This document shows, piece after piece, positions 36,039 through 49,520 of a DNA stretch of 64,000 bases. The stretch lies in assembly GCF_044704955.1 (NCBI RefSeq), contig NC_091997.1, positions 21,142,001 through 21,206,000 on the forward strand. The letters run 5' to 3'. The translations under genes and the position numbers were made by a program. The notes below the pieces were generated by a model. It worked only from the letters and a program-made list of their open reading frames with translations. It was not told the DNA's origin and ran no database searches. The first letter of the stretch is position 1. The number at the start of each line of letters is the position of its first letter. This stretch comes from Pristiophorus japonicus (lineage: Eukaryota).

Positions 36039-39000
36039 AAACATAGAAACATAGAAAATAGATGCAGGAATAGGCCATTCGGCCCTTCGAGCCTGCACCA
36101 CCATTCAATGAGTTCATGGCTGAACATGCAACCTCAGTACCCCATTCCTGCTTTCTCGCCATACCCCTTGATCCCCCTAGTAGTAAGGACTACAAATAAC
36201 TCCTTTTTGAATATATTTAGTGAATTGGCCTCAACAACTTTCTGTGGTAGAGAATTCCACAGGTTCACCACTCTCTGGGTGAAGACGTTTCTCCTCATCT
36301 CGGTCCTAAATGGCTTACCCCTTATCCTTAGATTGTGACCCCTGGTTCTCGACTTCCCCAAAATTGGGAACATTCTTCCTGCATCTAGCCTGTCGAAACC
36401 CGTCAGAATTTTATATGTTTCTATGAGATCTCCTCTCATTCTTCTGAACTCCAGTGAATACAAGCCCAGTTGATTCAGTCTTTCTTGATATGTCAGTCCC
36501 ACCATCCCAGGAATCAGTCTGGTGAGCCTTCACTGCACTCCCTCAATAGCAAGAATGTCCTTCCTCAAGTTAGGAGACCAAAACTGTACACAATACTCCA
36601 GGTGTGGCCTCACCAAGGCCCTGTACAACTGTAGTAACACCTCCCTGCCCCTGTACTTAAATCCCCTCGCTATGAAGGCCAACATGCCATTTGCTTTCTT
36701 AACCGCCTGCTGTACCTGCATGCCAACCTTCAATGACTGATGTACCATGACACCCAGGTCTCGTTGCACCTCCCCTTTTCCTAATCTGTCACCATTCAGA
36801 TAATAGTCTGTCTCTCTGTTCTTACCACCAAAGTGGATAACCTCACATTTATCCACATTATTCTTCATCTGCCATGCATTTGCCCACTCACCTAACCTAT
36901 CCAAGTCACTCTGCAGCCTCAAAGCATCCTCCTCGCAGCTTAGTGTCACCCGCAAATTTGGAGATACTACATTTAATCCCCTCGTCCAAATCATTAATGT
37001 ACAATGTAAACAGCTGGGGCCCCAGCACAGAACCTTGCGATACCCCACGAGTCACCGCCTGCCATTCTGAAAAGTACCCATTCACTCCTACTCTTTGCTT
37101 CCTGTCTGACAACCAGTTCTCAATCCATGTCAGCACACTACCGCTAATCCCATGAGCATTAACTTAGCACATTAATCTCTTGTGTGGGACCTTGTCGAAA
37201 GCCTTCTGGAAGTCCAAATATACCACATCAACTGGTTCTCCCTTGTCCACTCTACTGGAAACATCCTCAAAAAATTCCAGAAGATTTGACAAGCATGATT
37301 TCCCTTTCACAAATCCATGCTGACTTGGACCTATCATGTCACCTCTTTCCAAATGCACTGCTATGACATCCTTAATAATTGATTCCATCATTTTACCCAC
37401 TACCGATGTCAGGCTGACCGGTTTATAATTCCCTGTTTTCTCTCTCCCTCCTTTTTTAAAAAAGTGGGGTTACATTGACTACCCTCCACGCGATAGGAAC
37501 TGATCCAGAGTCTATGGAATGTTGGAAAATGACTGTCAATGCATCCTCTATTTCCAAGGCCACCTCCTTAAGTACTCTGGGATGCAGTCCATCAGGCCCT
37601 GGGGATTTATCGGCCTTCAATCCCGTCAATTTCCCCAACACAATTTCCCGACTAATAAGGATTTCCCTCAGTTCCTCCTTCTTACTCGACCCTCTGACCC
37701 CTTTTATATCCAGAAGGTTGTTTCTGTCCTCCTTAGTGAATACCGAACCAAAGTACTTGTTCAATTGGTCTGCCATTTCTTTGTTCCCCATTATGACTTC
37801 CCCTGATTCTGACTGCAGGGTACCTACGTTTGTCTTTACTAACCTTTTTATCTTTACATATCTATAGAAACTTTTGCAGTCCGTTTTAATGTTCCCTGCA
37901 AGCTTCCTCTCGTACTCTATTTTCCCTGCCCTAATCAAACCCTTTGTCCTCCTCTGCTGAGTTCTAAATTTCTCCCAGTCCCCAGATTCACTGCTATTTC
38001 TGGCCAATTTGTATGCCACTTCCTTGGCTTTAATACTATCCCTGATTTCCCTTGATAGCCACAGTTGAGCCACCTTCCCTTTTTTATTTTTATGCCAGAC
38101 AGGGATGTACAATTGTTGTAGTTCATCTATGCGGTCTCTAAATGTCTGCCATTGCCCATCCACTGTCAACCCCTTAAGTATCATTCGCCAATCTATCCTA
38201 GCCAATTCACACCTCATACCTTCAAAGTTACCCTTCTTTAAGTTCTGGACCATGGTCTCTGAATTAACTGTTTCATTCTCCATCCTAATGTAGAATTCCA
38301 CCATATTATGGTCACTTTTCCCCAAGGGGCCTCGCACAACGAGATTGCTAATTAATCCTTTCTCATTACGCAACACCCAGTCTAAGATGGCCTCCCCCCT
38401 AGTTGGTTCCTCAACATATTGGTCTAGAAAACCATCCCTTATGCACTCCAGGAAATCCTCCTCCACTGTATTGCTTCCAGTTTGGTTAGCCCAATCTATA
38501 TGCATATTAAAGTCACCCATGATAACTGCTGCACCTTTATTGCATGCACCCCTAATTTCCTGTTTGATGCCCTCCCCAACATCACTACTACTGTTTGGAG
38601 GTCTGTACACAACTCCCACTAACGTTTTTTGCCCTTTGGTGTTCTGCAGCTCTACCCATATAGATTCCACATCATGAAAGCTAATGTCCTTCCTAACTAT
38701 TGCATTAATCTCCTCTTTAACCAGCAATGCTACCCCACCTCCTTTTCCTTTTATTCTATCCTTCCTGAATGTTGAATACCCATGGATGTTGAGTTCCCAG
38801 CCCTGATCATCCTGGAGCCACGTCTCCGTAATCCCAATCACATCATATTTGTTAACATCTATTTGCATAGTTAATTCATCCACCTTATTACGTTTACTCC
38901 TTGCATTAAGACACAAAGCCTTCAGGCTTGTTTTTTTAACACCCTTTGTCCTTTTAGAATTATGATGTAGTGTGGCCCTTTTTGTTTCTTGCCTTTGTTT

Positions 39001-39440
39001 ACTCGGCCTTCCACTATTGTTTTTTTACCTTTCTACCATCTGTTTCTGACTCCATATTACTTCGCCCTATCTCGCTGCATTGGTTCCCATCCCCCTGCCA
39101 TATTAGTTTAAACAATCCCGAACTGCAGTAGCAAATGTTACCCCCAGGACATCAGTTCCAGTCCTGCCCAAGTGCAGACCGTCCCTTTTGTACAAGTCCC
39201 ACTTCCCCCAGAACTGGTTCCAATGTCCCAGGCATTTGAATCCCTCCCTCTTGCACCACTGCTCAAGCCACGTATTTATTCTAACTATCCTGCTCCCTCT
39301 ACTCTGATTAGCACGTGGCACTGGTAGCAATCCAGAGATTACTACCTTTGAGGTCCTACTTTTTAATTTAACTCCTAGCTCCCTAAATTCAGCTTGTAGG
39401 ACCTCTTCCCACTTCTTACCTATATCGTTGGTACCTACAT
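36039..39440 (-). mobile_element. Long CR1 subfamily A (ORF1 esterase end, APE, RT)
   Basis: ORFs 39103-39330 (DGLHL), 37456-38916 (APE) and RT pieces; tail abuts the RTE tail. Confidence 0.95.
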
Positions 39441-40025
39441 GTCATGTCCAGGTTCTTGTCCAATATCTACCACTAAAAAGGGAGGAACAAGAAGTTGCAG
39501 GTCAAACTAGACACGAGTGATCCTAGACTGTCACGGCTGCCATGACTGAATGAAAAGTTGGCAGTCCCAAAGCATAATGAGTTTAATCAGATGGAATGGC
39601 TAATCCATAATTTGTGACACTGCCAGCATCATGTCATTCCCCACGTCTGGTCCTCTTTGTATGCAGTCTCAGTACTATTTTTGTTGATGCCTCTTCTGAA
39701 GTGCATAATAACATGGGTATGAGTGATAATAAGGCTCATTTTCTGCCGAACATGTTCACTGGCAGTCGCACCATTGAAATGCTAATCTGATAATTACTGC
39801 GAGAGTCTGTATTAGAGCAGTTACTATTACAATACCATAATTTAAATTCTTCAAGTAGCCCTCATGGTTTTATTATTGTAAAAGTCATCAACATAAACCA
39901 GCATTTCTCTAAATAAATTATAAATGAACCTACTGCAATACTAAAGAAACCATATTCTCTCAAATGCCTTGATTATTCAGATTGTTACAGTAAGTAGCAG
40001 CATAACCATTATTGTATTATCTGAA

Positions 40026-40788
40026 TATTATCTGAATGGTGACAGATTAGGAAAAGGGAAGGTGCAACGAGACCTGGGTGTCATGGTATATCAGTCATTG
40101 AAAGTTGGCATGCAGGTACAGCAGGCAGTGAAGAAGGCAAACGGCATGTTGGCCTTCATAGCGAGAAGATTTGAATATAGGAGCAGGGAGGTCTTACTGC
40201 AGTTGTATAGTGCCTTGGTGAGGCCACACCTTGAATATTGTGTACAGTTTTGGTCTCCTAATCTGAGGAAGGACATTCTTGCTATTGAGGGAGTGCAGCG
40301 ACGGTTCACCAGACTGATTCCCGGGATGGCAGGACTGACATATGAAGAAGGATGGGATCGACTCGGCTTATATTTACTGGAATTTAGAAGAACGAGAGGG
40401 GATCTCATAGAAACATATAAAATTCTGACGGGATTGGACAGGTTAGATGCAGGAAGAATGTTCCCGATGTTGGAGAAGTCCAGAACCAGGGGTCACAGTC
40501 TAAGGATAAGGGGCGAGCCATTTAGGACCGAGATGAGAAAAAACTTCTTCACTCAGAGAATTGTGAACCTGTGGAATTCTCTACCACAGAAAGTTGTTGA
40601 GGCCAGTTCATTAGATATATTAAAAAGGGAGTTAGATGTGGCCCTTACGGCTAAAGGGATCAAGGGGTATGGAGAGAAAGCAGGAATGGGGTACTGAAGT
40701 TGCATGATCAGCCATGATCATATTGAATGGTGGTGCAGGTTCGAAGGGCCGAATGACCTACTCCTGCACCTATTTTCTATGTTTCTAT
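40026..40788 (+). mobile_element. CR1 subfamily A 3' fragment
   Basis: ORF 39969-40697; TTCTATGT tail. Confidence 0.93.
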
Positions 40789-41182
40789 ATAACAGAATCC
40801 TGATGTACACTTCATTCCTTGAAGTTGCACATAGTATGTGATGTGATATGCTACTGTAAATGAGGGAAGAACTGCCCCTTGTGAATTCCCCATAAAGATT
40901 CCAATCCCAGCTCTTACTTTCCTTGTGAAGTGGGAAATCACATTGAACTATTTACACTATGTCAGTCTGATTTACACAGCATGTTTGACAAGGACACAAT
41001 TGGATTCCTTTGATCCACCAAGAAAGCAGGAGTAGAGATTTTCCACTGCTAGGTGCCCGAGGAAGGTTCAGGAGGGTCATTGCCCAGGTGGTGAGCTGGT
41101 TGCACGCATCCCGGTGTTTTCCCACCAGACTACGCTGGGCTCTGAAAGGGCTCGCTCTGCTAGTGCGCACAAGTGTCATTGA

Positions 41183-41701
41183 TCCATCATCATCATCATA
41201 GGCAGTCCCTCGGAATCGAGGAAGACTTACTTCCACTCTTAAAATGAGTTCTTAGGAGACTGAACAGTCCAATACAAGAACCACAGTCTCGGTCGAGGGA
41301 AGGGGTGGGTGGGATTGGTTTGCTGCACGTTCTTTCCACTGCCTGCGCTTGATTTCTGCATGCATTCGGCAACGAGACTCGAAGTGCTCCAGCAAGTCCG
41401 CCAGTGCAGCCTTCGGTCGCCTAAGGAAAAGAGTGTTTGAAGACCAGGCTCTCAAAACTGCCACTAAATTCATGGTCTACAGGGCTGTAGTAATACCCAC
41501 CCTCGTGTATGGCTCAGAGACATGGACCATGTACAGTAGACACCTCAAGTCGCTGGAGAAATACCACCAACGATGTCTCCGCAAGATCCTACAAATCCCC
41601 TGGGAGGACCGACGCACCAACATTACCATCCTCGACCAGGCCAACATCCCCAGCATCGAAGCACTGACCACACTCGATCAGCTCCACTGGACGGGCCACA
41701 T
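41183..41701. mobile_element. RTE insertion with an inverted 5' segment
   Basis: 3' end on - (41185-41390), upstream ORF part on + (~41395-41701); 9-bp TSD TGTCATTGA. Confidence 0.85.
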
Positions 41702-41711
41702 TGTCATTGAA

Positions 41712-42140
41712 TGTCTCAGTGGATAGCACGCTCACTTCAGCGTCAAATGTTTGTGAGTTCAAGTCCCACTCCAGAGACTTGGGCACAAAAATTTAAGCTG
41801 ACACTCCAGTTCAATACGGAGCGAGTGCTGAACCTTCGGAGGTACCATCTTTTGGATGACACATTAAACGGAGGCCCCTTTTTCCCATTCTCAGGTGGGC
41901 ATAAAAGACCACAAGGCTCTATTTCAAAGAAGAGCAGGAGAGTGCTCCCCAGTATCGCAGCCAACATCACTAAAACAGATTATCTGGTCATTATACATTG
42001 CTGTTTCTGTGAGCTTGCTGTGCACAAATTGGCTGCAGCATTTCCTACATTTCAACAGTGACTACACTTCAAAAGTATTTAATTTTGCTGTGAAGCATTT
42101 TGGAACGTCCTGAGGTCATGAAAATGCAAGTTTTCCCTTT
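41712..42140 (+). mobile_element. DeuSINE-type tRNA SINE (SacSINE1/AmnSINE-like)
   Basis: tRNA head GTTCAAGTCCC, shared core and tail. Confidence 0.75.
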
Positions 42141-42594
42141 CTTTATTTTTGAGAATCCTGGTAATGAGATTTGGCTTTCCTCCTCCCCATTGGCCATCAT
42201 TTGCTTCTGAAATACAACATCTTTGCTGATCGTTCACTTTATATGGGTGCACGTGGTAACTCGCTCCCTGGTGTTTCTCTTCACGCTGTGTGCACTGGAA
42301 GTGAGGATGAGATAGTATTTTTTGGCTTTTTGCTTTGCTCTTGATGCAGTTAGTTTGGTGCGTGTTTTTTTGGCCATTTTGCACTTAAAGGTTTGCTTTT
42401 TTGTACCATTTTAATTTCTTATTTCGCTTCACACTATCAAAGGGAGTTCACTCTTAATTCAAAGACATTACTCTGGTAGAATGGGCAATCCTCTGGGAAT
42501 TGCACTGGCCCTTAAGGAGCTTAAAGATGAGAAGTTGCTAAGGAATGATCAGACAGAGCCTTCCTGCACCGAAGGCACAACCTCATGCTTACTC

Positions 42595-42708
42595 CTACAT
42601 TCCCACATTACAACAGTGACTACACTCCAAAAGTACTTCATTGGCTGCAAAGCGCTTTGAGATGTCCGGTGGTCGTGAAAAGCGCTATATAAATCCAAGT
42701 CTTTCTTT
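42595..42708 (+). mobile_element. SINE 3' tail
   Basis: …cattacaacagtgactacac…gcgctatataaat; similar tails at 1-40 and 17482-17570. Confidence 0.7.
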
Positions 42709-43339
42709 CATTACATTGGAAGAACTGGTTTTATCTGGCAATGTGTGCCCGGACAAAAAAGAAAGTGAAGGCTTGTTGACATATGAACATGATTTTGTCT
42801 GCTTCCATGAAATGTTATTTGATTCTGAAGGGAGTTTTACTGTCACTTTACCAATTTCACAATTTGTGGCATTAACACCTAACTTCTTTAAAAGGGTTAT
42901 GTGCCTCATTACCGGCTGTTAAATTAAGGGGGGTCACAAACGCTGAAATTTGTACTGCCTTATTTTTAAACATAAAAAAAATTGCAACTGCAATGTGTCA
43001 AGGCTTATTTAGGAAAAGTGCTTTGTTCATGGATTTTTAATTACTGCAGCGGTCAGTAATACTTCAAAAGGAGCTCGACTTCCTCCTTCTAATTAGCATA
43101 ATTAGTCAATTCTCTTTGAAGGGAACAAATTATTCTCTACAGAACAAAATCCAGTATCCTGTAACAGTCAACAAGTTTCTGTGTCTGGAGTATTACTCAT
43201 AAGAGGTTTATTATGGATTTATAGCACACAAACATTTTATTCTCTTAAGATTGCGTGCGCTGTGGTAACTCAGATCAAATATGGATTCCATGGGCTAGAT
43301 ATTTGGTTGGAGGATTCTTACGGCACTAATGTCAGGCAG

Positions 43340-43912
43340 TCGCTAAATTTAATGCCGGGAAATGGTTAGCGATGGCAGTCACAATATTCCAGTGGTTGTG
43401 CCCTGAGAGTGGAGTGGAGAGCTAAGGGAAGTGTTCCACAATTCTCTTAGGGCACTCGGCCGGGCGCGCAACTGAATATCCCGTGCTAAAGAGTTGGCTT
43501 CACAGCACCCTAAGAGAGGCCTTTATGCAAAAAAAAGAAGAATCTGAACAAAAAAAATATATATACATCACTCACCCCAAATAAAGTTAAATTGCAAAAA
43601 AAAAAATCAATCACACTTACCTCACACAGTCATTCCTTCCCTCCGCGCCCCGGGGCAGCTCTGTGTGCCAGCTTTCTATGGCGGGGTCACTGGAGGGCGC
43701 TACAGGTGCAGCGCAGACCAAATTTTGCTTCCCTGTGGATACCGGGAGCGTTGCACACCGGCGCGATGCTCCCGGGCAATACTCCTCAGCGCCGCCGGTA
43801 CCGGAACACTGAATTTGCCGAGCGGCACAAATGCCGGAGCTCGCGGCTACAAACCCTTTAGCGCCCCGTTCCGACCCTCGCAAGGGGTGTTATCCTACCG
43901 AATTTCTCCCCC
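43340..43912. mobile_element. Harbinger-like MITE remnant
   Basis: Right end CCGAATTTCTCCCC; CpG-rich. Confidence 0.5.
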
Positions 43913-44347
43913 CATTTCTTTCATTAAAATGATTTCCTTCTGTTCTGCAAACTGGCTGCTGTGATTTATTCTGTTAAATCCGATTTCTGCAGCCTGAATT
44001 AAAAGAATATAAATACAACTTTAACTGGCTGTTTGGAGATGTTGCGTCCGATTTACAGCATCCAAATTCTTTGATCGCGATGTAAGTTAGAATCTGCATT
44101 TTAGTTATTGTGTGCTGGATAGGCCATTTGTTAGCAAGTGTCACAATCATTTGGCTGCAGATGCTAAATTGTTATTGCAGACAACAATCCAGACAACATG
44201 TGCTTCCCTTCCCATTAACAATCTGTGGAGCCTTCTGATAATTTGGAGAAACTTGATGAAAATCGTGCTACTGTTTGTATAAAACAATATTGTTGATTTG
44301 AGGATAATTAATTGATAGTCAATCTTCGAAGAAATTAAAGGCTTAAA

Positions 44348-44842
44348 GCAACAACTTGCATTTATAAAGTGCCTTTAATGTAGTAAAACATAAGAACATA
44401 AAAAACATAACAAATAGGAGCAGGACTAGGCCATTTGGCCCCTCGAGCCTGCTCCGCCATTTAATAAGATCATGGTTGATATGATCTTGGGCTCAGCTCC
44501 ACTTCGCTGCCCGCTCCCCAAAACATCCCAAGGCAGGAGCGTTATCGGTCAAAATTTGACACCAAGCCACATAAGTAGATATCAGGACAGGTGATCAAAA
44601 GCTAAGTTAAAGAGGTAGATTTTAAGGAGCTTTTTAAAAGGAGAGGGAGCTGGAGAGGTGGAGAGGCTTAGGGAGGGAATTCCAGAGCCTAGGGCCCAGG
44701 CAGCTGAAAGCATGGCTGCCAATGCTGGAGCGATTAAAACCGGGGATGCACAAGAGGCCAGAATTGGAGGAGCGCAGAGATCTCGCAGGTTTGTCGGGTT
44801 GGAGGAGGTTACAGAGATCGGGAGGGGCGAGGCCATGGAAGG
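44348..44842 (-). mobile_element. L2-like 3' fragment containing a short CR1 tail (~44392-44520)
   Basis: AAACAT duplicated around the CR1 piece. Confidence 0.7.
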
Positions 44843-44859
44843 GCAGAAAGTAAAACTCT

Positions 44860-45380
44860 TAGGCCTAGATTTTCGGCGGCTTTTCGCCGCGATTTGACCC
44901 TCAGCGGGATCCTCCGTGACCTCTTGCGGCGGCGACTCCATGTACCGCCGGGGAGAGGAGCGTCAGCATGAAATGACGGGCAATGCCACGGATTGTGTTA
45001 CTGTTGTACTTTCGGCTCTCTTGGGACCCGTACGCCATGCCTAGAATACCGACAGGGTCAAACCTGTCAGTGCAGCCCTGCCAGTAAGTATGAAGACCTG
45101 CAAAAAGGAATGTTAAAGTTTTTATTTTTAAATTATTTCTCAGCGATTTAGTACACAAGGGTTTGTTGAATGTTTTTTTAAAAAATGTTTTTTGCAATTT
45201 TTTTGTGTTTTTCCCCCCTCCCAAGGCCTCTCGAGCAGCGTTATCGGCCTCGGACTAAAGTTGCTGAAACTCGCGGTTTGCGCCACGAATCCTCATGCAA
45301 CCCCAACTTTACCAATGCGGCAATACATAAAGGCCGAAAGTTAGGCCTGAAAATGGTAGCAAAGTGAAAACGGAAATCTG
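44860..45380. mobile_element. Harbinger-like MITE remnant
   Basis: GGCCTAGATTTTCGG start, GGAAATCT end. Confidence 0.45.
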
Positions 45381-45665
45381 TTATGTAAGCTGTTGTCAGG
45401 AAACAAGGAAATTATGTTTGAAAGAGAAGATAGTCTTTGATAAGCTAGAACAGTAATGCTGATTAATTTATATTACCTCATCTTGCATCTGGTTGGGGTA
45501 GCTTAATTGATATATCTGGGCCATAGTTATTCACAGTGCCATCTGCTAAGGAACTGGACTGTATCTAGTGACAGTCCTACTGCTACTTGCTGGCAATAGA
45601 CATATTCAAATATTTTAATTTGTTGCTACTGGTATTCAAATCATTTAAAGAATGGAACATGTTTA

Positions 45666-46009
45666 CGGGTTGAACCTCCCTTATCCAGAACTCTCTTATC
45701 TGGAACCACCCTGTGTCCACAACCATTCCTGACCACTGGGTGGCGCATGCACAGAACTCCGACATGAACAAATTGAATTCCTTCCTCGCTACCTACTCTC
45801 TCGCAATCGCTGGCCTGACCCCGCGATCCACCGTTTCCCCCCCCCCCACCCCCCGACCATGATCGCTCTGCCGCACTTCCAGCCCCAAGCCAACCAGCCC
45901 CAATATCCCCTCGCTCATCCAATTTAACATGACCAACTCTCGTCCAGAAAAATCCCTTATCCAGAACGGGCCTGGTCCCGAGGGTTCCAGATAAGGGACG
46001 TTCAATCTG
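45666..46009. mobile_element. Tc1/mariner (pogo/Tigger-like) MITE
   Basis: About 26-bp imperfect TIRs (CGGGTTGAACCTCCCTTATCCAGAAC / GTTCCAGATAAGGGACGTTCAATCTG), TA on both sides. Confidence 0.8.
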
Positions 46010-46294
46010 TACTCACGGTGGACAAATGAGGATAGATGATGTGGGCCAGAGAAAAACAGCACAGGCTGGGTTTTATTATTTTTTAAGTAACACTGCAAAA
46101 TCCCTTATTGTTGCTAAAGCTCAGGACAAATTTTACTACATTGGTAGAAGAATTTCAAAAACAACTGAAGGAAGTTGCTGGGAAGTTCAGTGATGAGAGA
46201 ACTTTTGCACCATACCTATTTCTAGACCAGAAAATCGGAGCAATTACCACCAGCTCATCCAGGACGAATACAATACGCCCACGGGTAGTGGTAA

Positions 46295-46685
46295 GCCTGA
46301 AACAGGCACTCTACTCCGAGCTCCATCACGGCAAGTGGGCCCCAGGTGGGCAGAGGAAACGCTTCAAGGACACCGTCAAAGCCTCCTTGAAAAAATGTAA
46401 CAACCCAACCAACTCTTGGGATTCCCTGGCCCGCTCAAAGTGGAGGAGAAGCATTCGGGAAGGTACCAAGCACTTTGAGTCCCTTCGTCAGGAGCATACG
46501 GAAGCCAAGTACAAACAGCAGAAGGAGCGCACGACAAACCAAGCACCCCACGCACCCATCCCTCCAACCATCACCTGCCCCACCTGTGACAAAGTCTGTT
46601 GATCCTGCATTGGACTCATTAGCCACCTAGAACTCATGTTAGTGTTGAAGCAAGTCATCCTCGAATCCGAGGGTCTGCCTAAGAG
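46295..46685 (+). mobile_element. RTE 3' fragment
   Basis: LKQALYSELHHGKWAPGGQRKRFKDTVKASL. Confidence 0.85.
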
Positions 46686-46921
46686 GCAAGCCATTAAATA
46701 TGGTTCAAAACCCTATTGATAAGATAAATCAGGATAAACTATTTCCACTCATTGAGTCAGTAACACGAGGGCATAAATTAAAGAGCATCACCAAGGGAAC
46801 AAAGGGAAAGGTTAGGAGGATTGTTCTTTCTTCTTTCACAGAGGATTGTTGAGACATGAGATGCCCCCAGAGAAAGAGGGATGAAAACAGAACCTAGAAT
46901 AGCTTTGAAATGGGAAGACAG

Positions 46922-47382
46922 ACAGACTTACATTTATATAGCGCCTTTCGTGACCACTGGATGTCTCAAGGCGCTTTACAGCCAATTAAGTACTTTTGGA
47001 GTATAGTCACTGTTGTAATGTAGGAAACGTGGCAGCCAATTTGCGCACAGCAAACTCCCACAAACAGCAATGTGATAATGACCAGATAATCTGATTTTTG
47101 TTCTGCTGATTGAGGGATAAATATTGGCCAGGACACCAGGATAACTTCCCTGCTCTTCTTTAAAATAGTGCCATGGGATCTTTTACATCCACTTAAAAGA
47201 GCAGACAAGACCTTGGTTTAACGTCTCATCTGAAAGACTGCACGTCCAACAGTGCAGCACTCCTCAGCACTGCACTGACGTGTCAGCCTAGATTTTTGTG
47301 CTCAAGTCCCTGGAGTGGGGCTTGAACCCACAATCTTCTGACTCAGAGGTAAGTGCACGATTCACTGAGCCACAGCTGACAC
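46922..47382 (-). mobile_element. Full-length DeuSINE-type tRNA SINE
   Basis: Reverse complement of the 59990-60418 family. Confidence 0.8.
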
Positions 47383-47423
47383 AAGATGATATATATTTGA
47401 AAAAGAAAATGTTAATCGGGTAT

Positions 47424-48001
47424 ACATAGAAACATAGAAAATAGGTGCAGGAGTAGGCCATTCGGCCCTTCGAGCCTGCACCACCATTCAATATGATCAT
47501 GGCTGATCATGCAACTTCAGTACCCCACTCCTGCCTTCTCTCCATACCTCCTGATCCCTTTAGCCGTAAGGGCCACATCTAACTCCCTTTGGAATATATC
47601 CAATGAACTGGACTCAACAACTTTCTGTGGTAGAGAATTCCACAGGTTCACAATTCTCTGGGTGAAAAAGTTTCTCCTCAACTCGGTCCTAGATGGCTTA
47701 CCCCTTGTCCTTAGACTGTGACCCCCTGGTTCTGGACTTCCCAACATCGGGAACATTCTTCCTATATCTAACCTCTCCAATCCCTTAAGAATTTTATATG
47801 CTTCTATGAGATCCCCTCTCATTCTTCTAAATTCCAGTGAATATAAGCTAGTCGATCCAATCTTTCTTCATCTGTCAGTCCTGCCATCCCGGGAATCAGT
47901 CTGGTGAACCTTCGCTGCACTCCCTCAATAGCAAGAACATCCTTCCTCAGATTAGGAGACCAAAACAGCACACAATACTCAAGGTGTGGTCTCACCAAGG
48001 C
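47424..48001 (-). mobile_element. CR1 subfamily A 3' fragment
   Basis: Tail and ORF2 C-terminus. Confidence 0.92.
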
Positions 48002-49260
48002 ACAGACCAATTGCACTTCACCTGGCGTGGCCTGTAGAGAACCTGCCTGCGTTTCTAGATTCAGGTCATTTGCCAAGATCAATCCTGCTTCTGGAGCAGG
48101 GCTGCTTCCTGGGAGAACTTGTGCCTGGAAACAGGGGGTGGGAAATGCAATGCCTGATGCAGGCCTCCCAGGCCACTGCGGTGGTAATGGCTGCCGGATG
48201 CCAGGTCCAACAACAGCAGCAGAAGCCTTACGACCGAAGGATGCTATCCAGTACCTGCAAAGGTACTTTGTAAGCTCCATCTTCTTGTTGCCTAACTTGG
48301 TTAGATCCACCAACCCAATCTGCCAGGGACTGCATGTAGAACCGAATACCAACTTCTGGGTAGCCCTCAAAACAGGCATGATTCCAGCATTGGAGAAGGA
48401 AAATAAGGTAGGCCCACTCCTGCCCCTCCAATCCCCAATAACACAGCTGCAATTTCAAGGAGCACAATCCTCTCCCGCGGCAAATCCCTGGGCATTGTAA
48501 AGGGTTTATGCCTCTTTTTCCTCTGCTCCGTGCCAAAGAATTATGCATTCCCTGCACAAAAAGGAGAGAAAAATCAAGCTTAGTAAGTATGGATAAATCT
48601 GTGTACATGTGTGAGGGAAGAAAGTAGCATTGCATAGAGCAGTAATCTATCATAGCTTTTAATATTACCAGATTTATAACTGCAGCTGACTATCTGCTGA
48701 GCTGAACCGTTAATTAATGTGCAAAACCATTATAGTTATTCATCTTTATTTTACTAAGTGCTGAACGAAATAGGCTGTTGAAAAGAGCTATGTTTGCTCT
48801 TCTGTGAGTCTTATGATGGTATTAACTGATTCTCACCAACGAGTTTCACTATCAGTGCACCATTCGATTCGCTTCAGGACAACCCTGCCACACTCTAATC
48901 CATCTTCAACTAATTTTCAAATCAGTTTTTGGGAAAGCTTATTAAAGTGCATTGAAGGAGGTTGTCACGCATTAACAATAGACTCAGGCAACTGATAGTG
49001 TATACATAATCTAAAAGTATAAAAACTACACACTCTCTGTGAGCTGTTTTAAAACTGATAAATGACTATATTCAGACGATGGCCAACCAAGCCAATGGAG
49101 ACAGTGAGCTTTGCTAGTAATCTTAGGTTTACCATTAGTGATACCCATCAATAACAGAAAGATACGGCAAAATTCTAATTACACTTGCGATTTGGCCTTG
49201 ATCATGGAGTCTTTGTGAATTATCAATAACATCTTGGTGATAACTGCTGAGGTACTTTTC

Positions 49261-49520
49261 AAGAAATAGGAGCAGGAGTCGGCCATTTAGCCCCTCAAGC
49301 CTGCTCCGCCATTCAATAAGATCATGGCTGATCTTCTACCTCAACTCCACTTTCCTGCACTCTCCCCATATCACTTAATACCAAAAATCTATCAATCTTG
49401 GTCTTGAATATATTCAACGACTGAGCCTCCACAGCCCTCTGGGGTCGGAAATTCCAAAGATTTACCATCCTCTGAATGAAGAAATTTCTCATCCTCTCAG
49501 TCCTAAATGGCCAACCATTC
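49261..49520 (-). mobile_element. CR1 3' fragment
   Basis: RNFFIQRMVNLWN; 3' UTR. Confidence 0.8.

Noticed and set aside
42709-42922. LEELVLSGN LRR-like motif
   Set aside because: Single motif directly after a SINE tail, with no further repeats or convincing splice context
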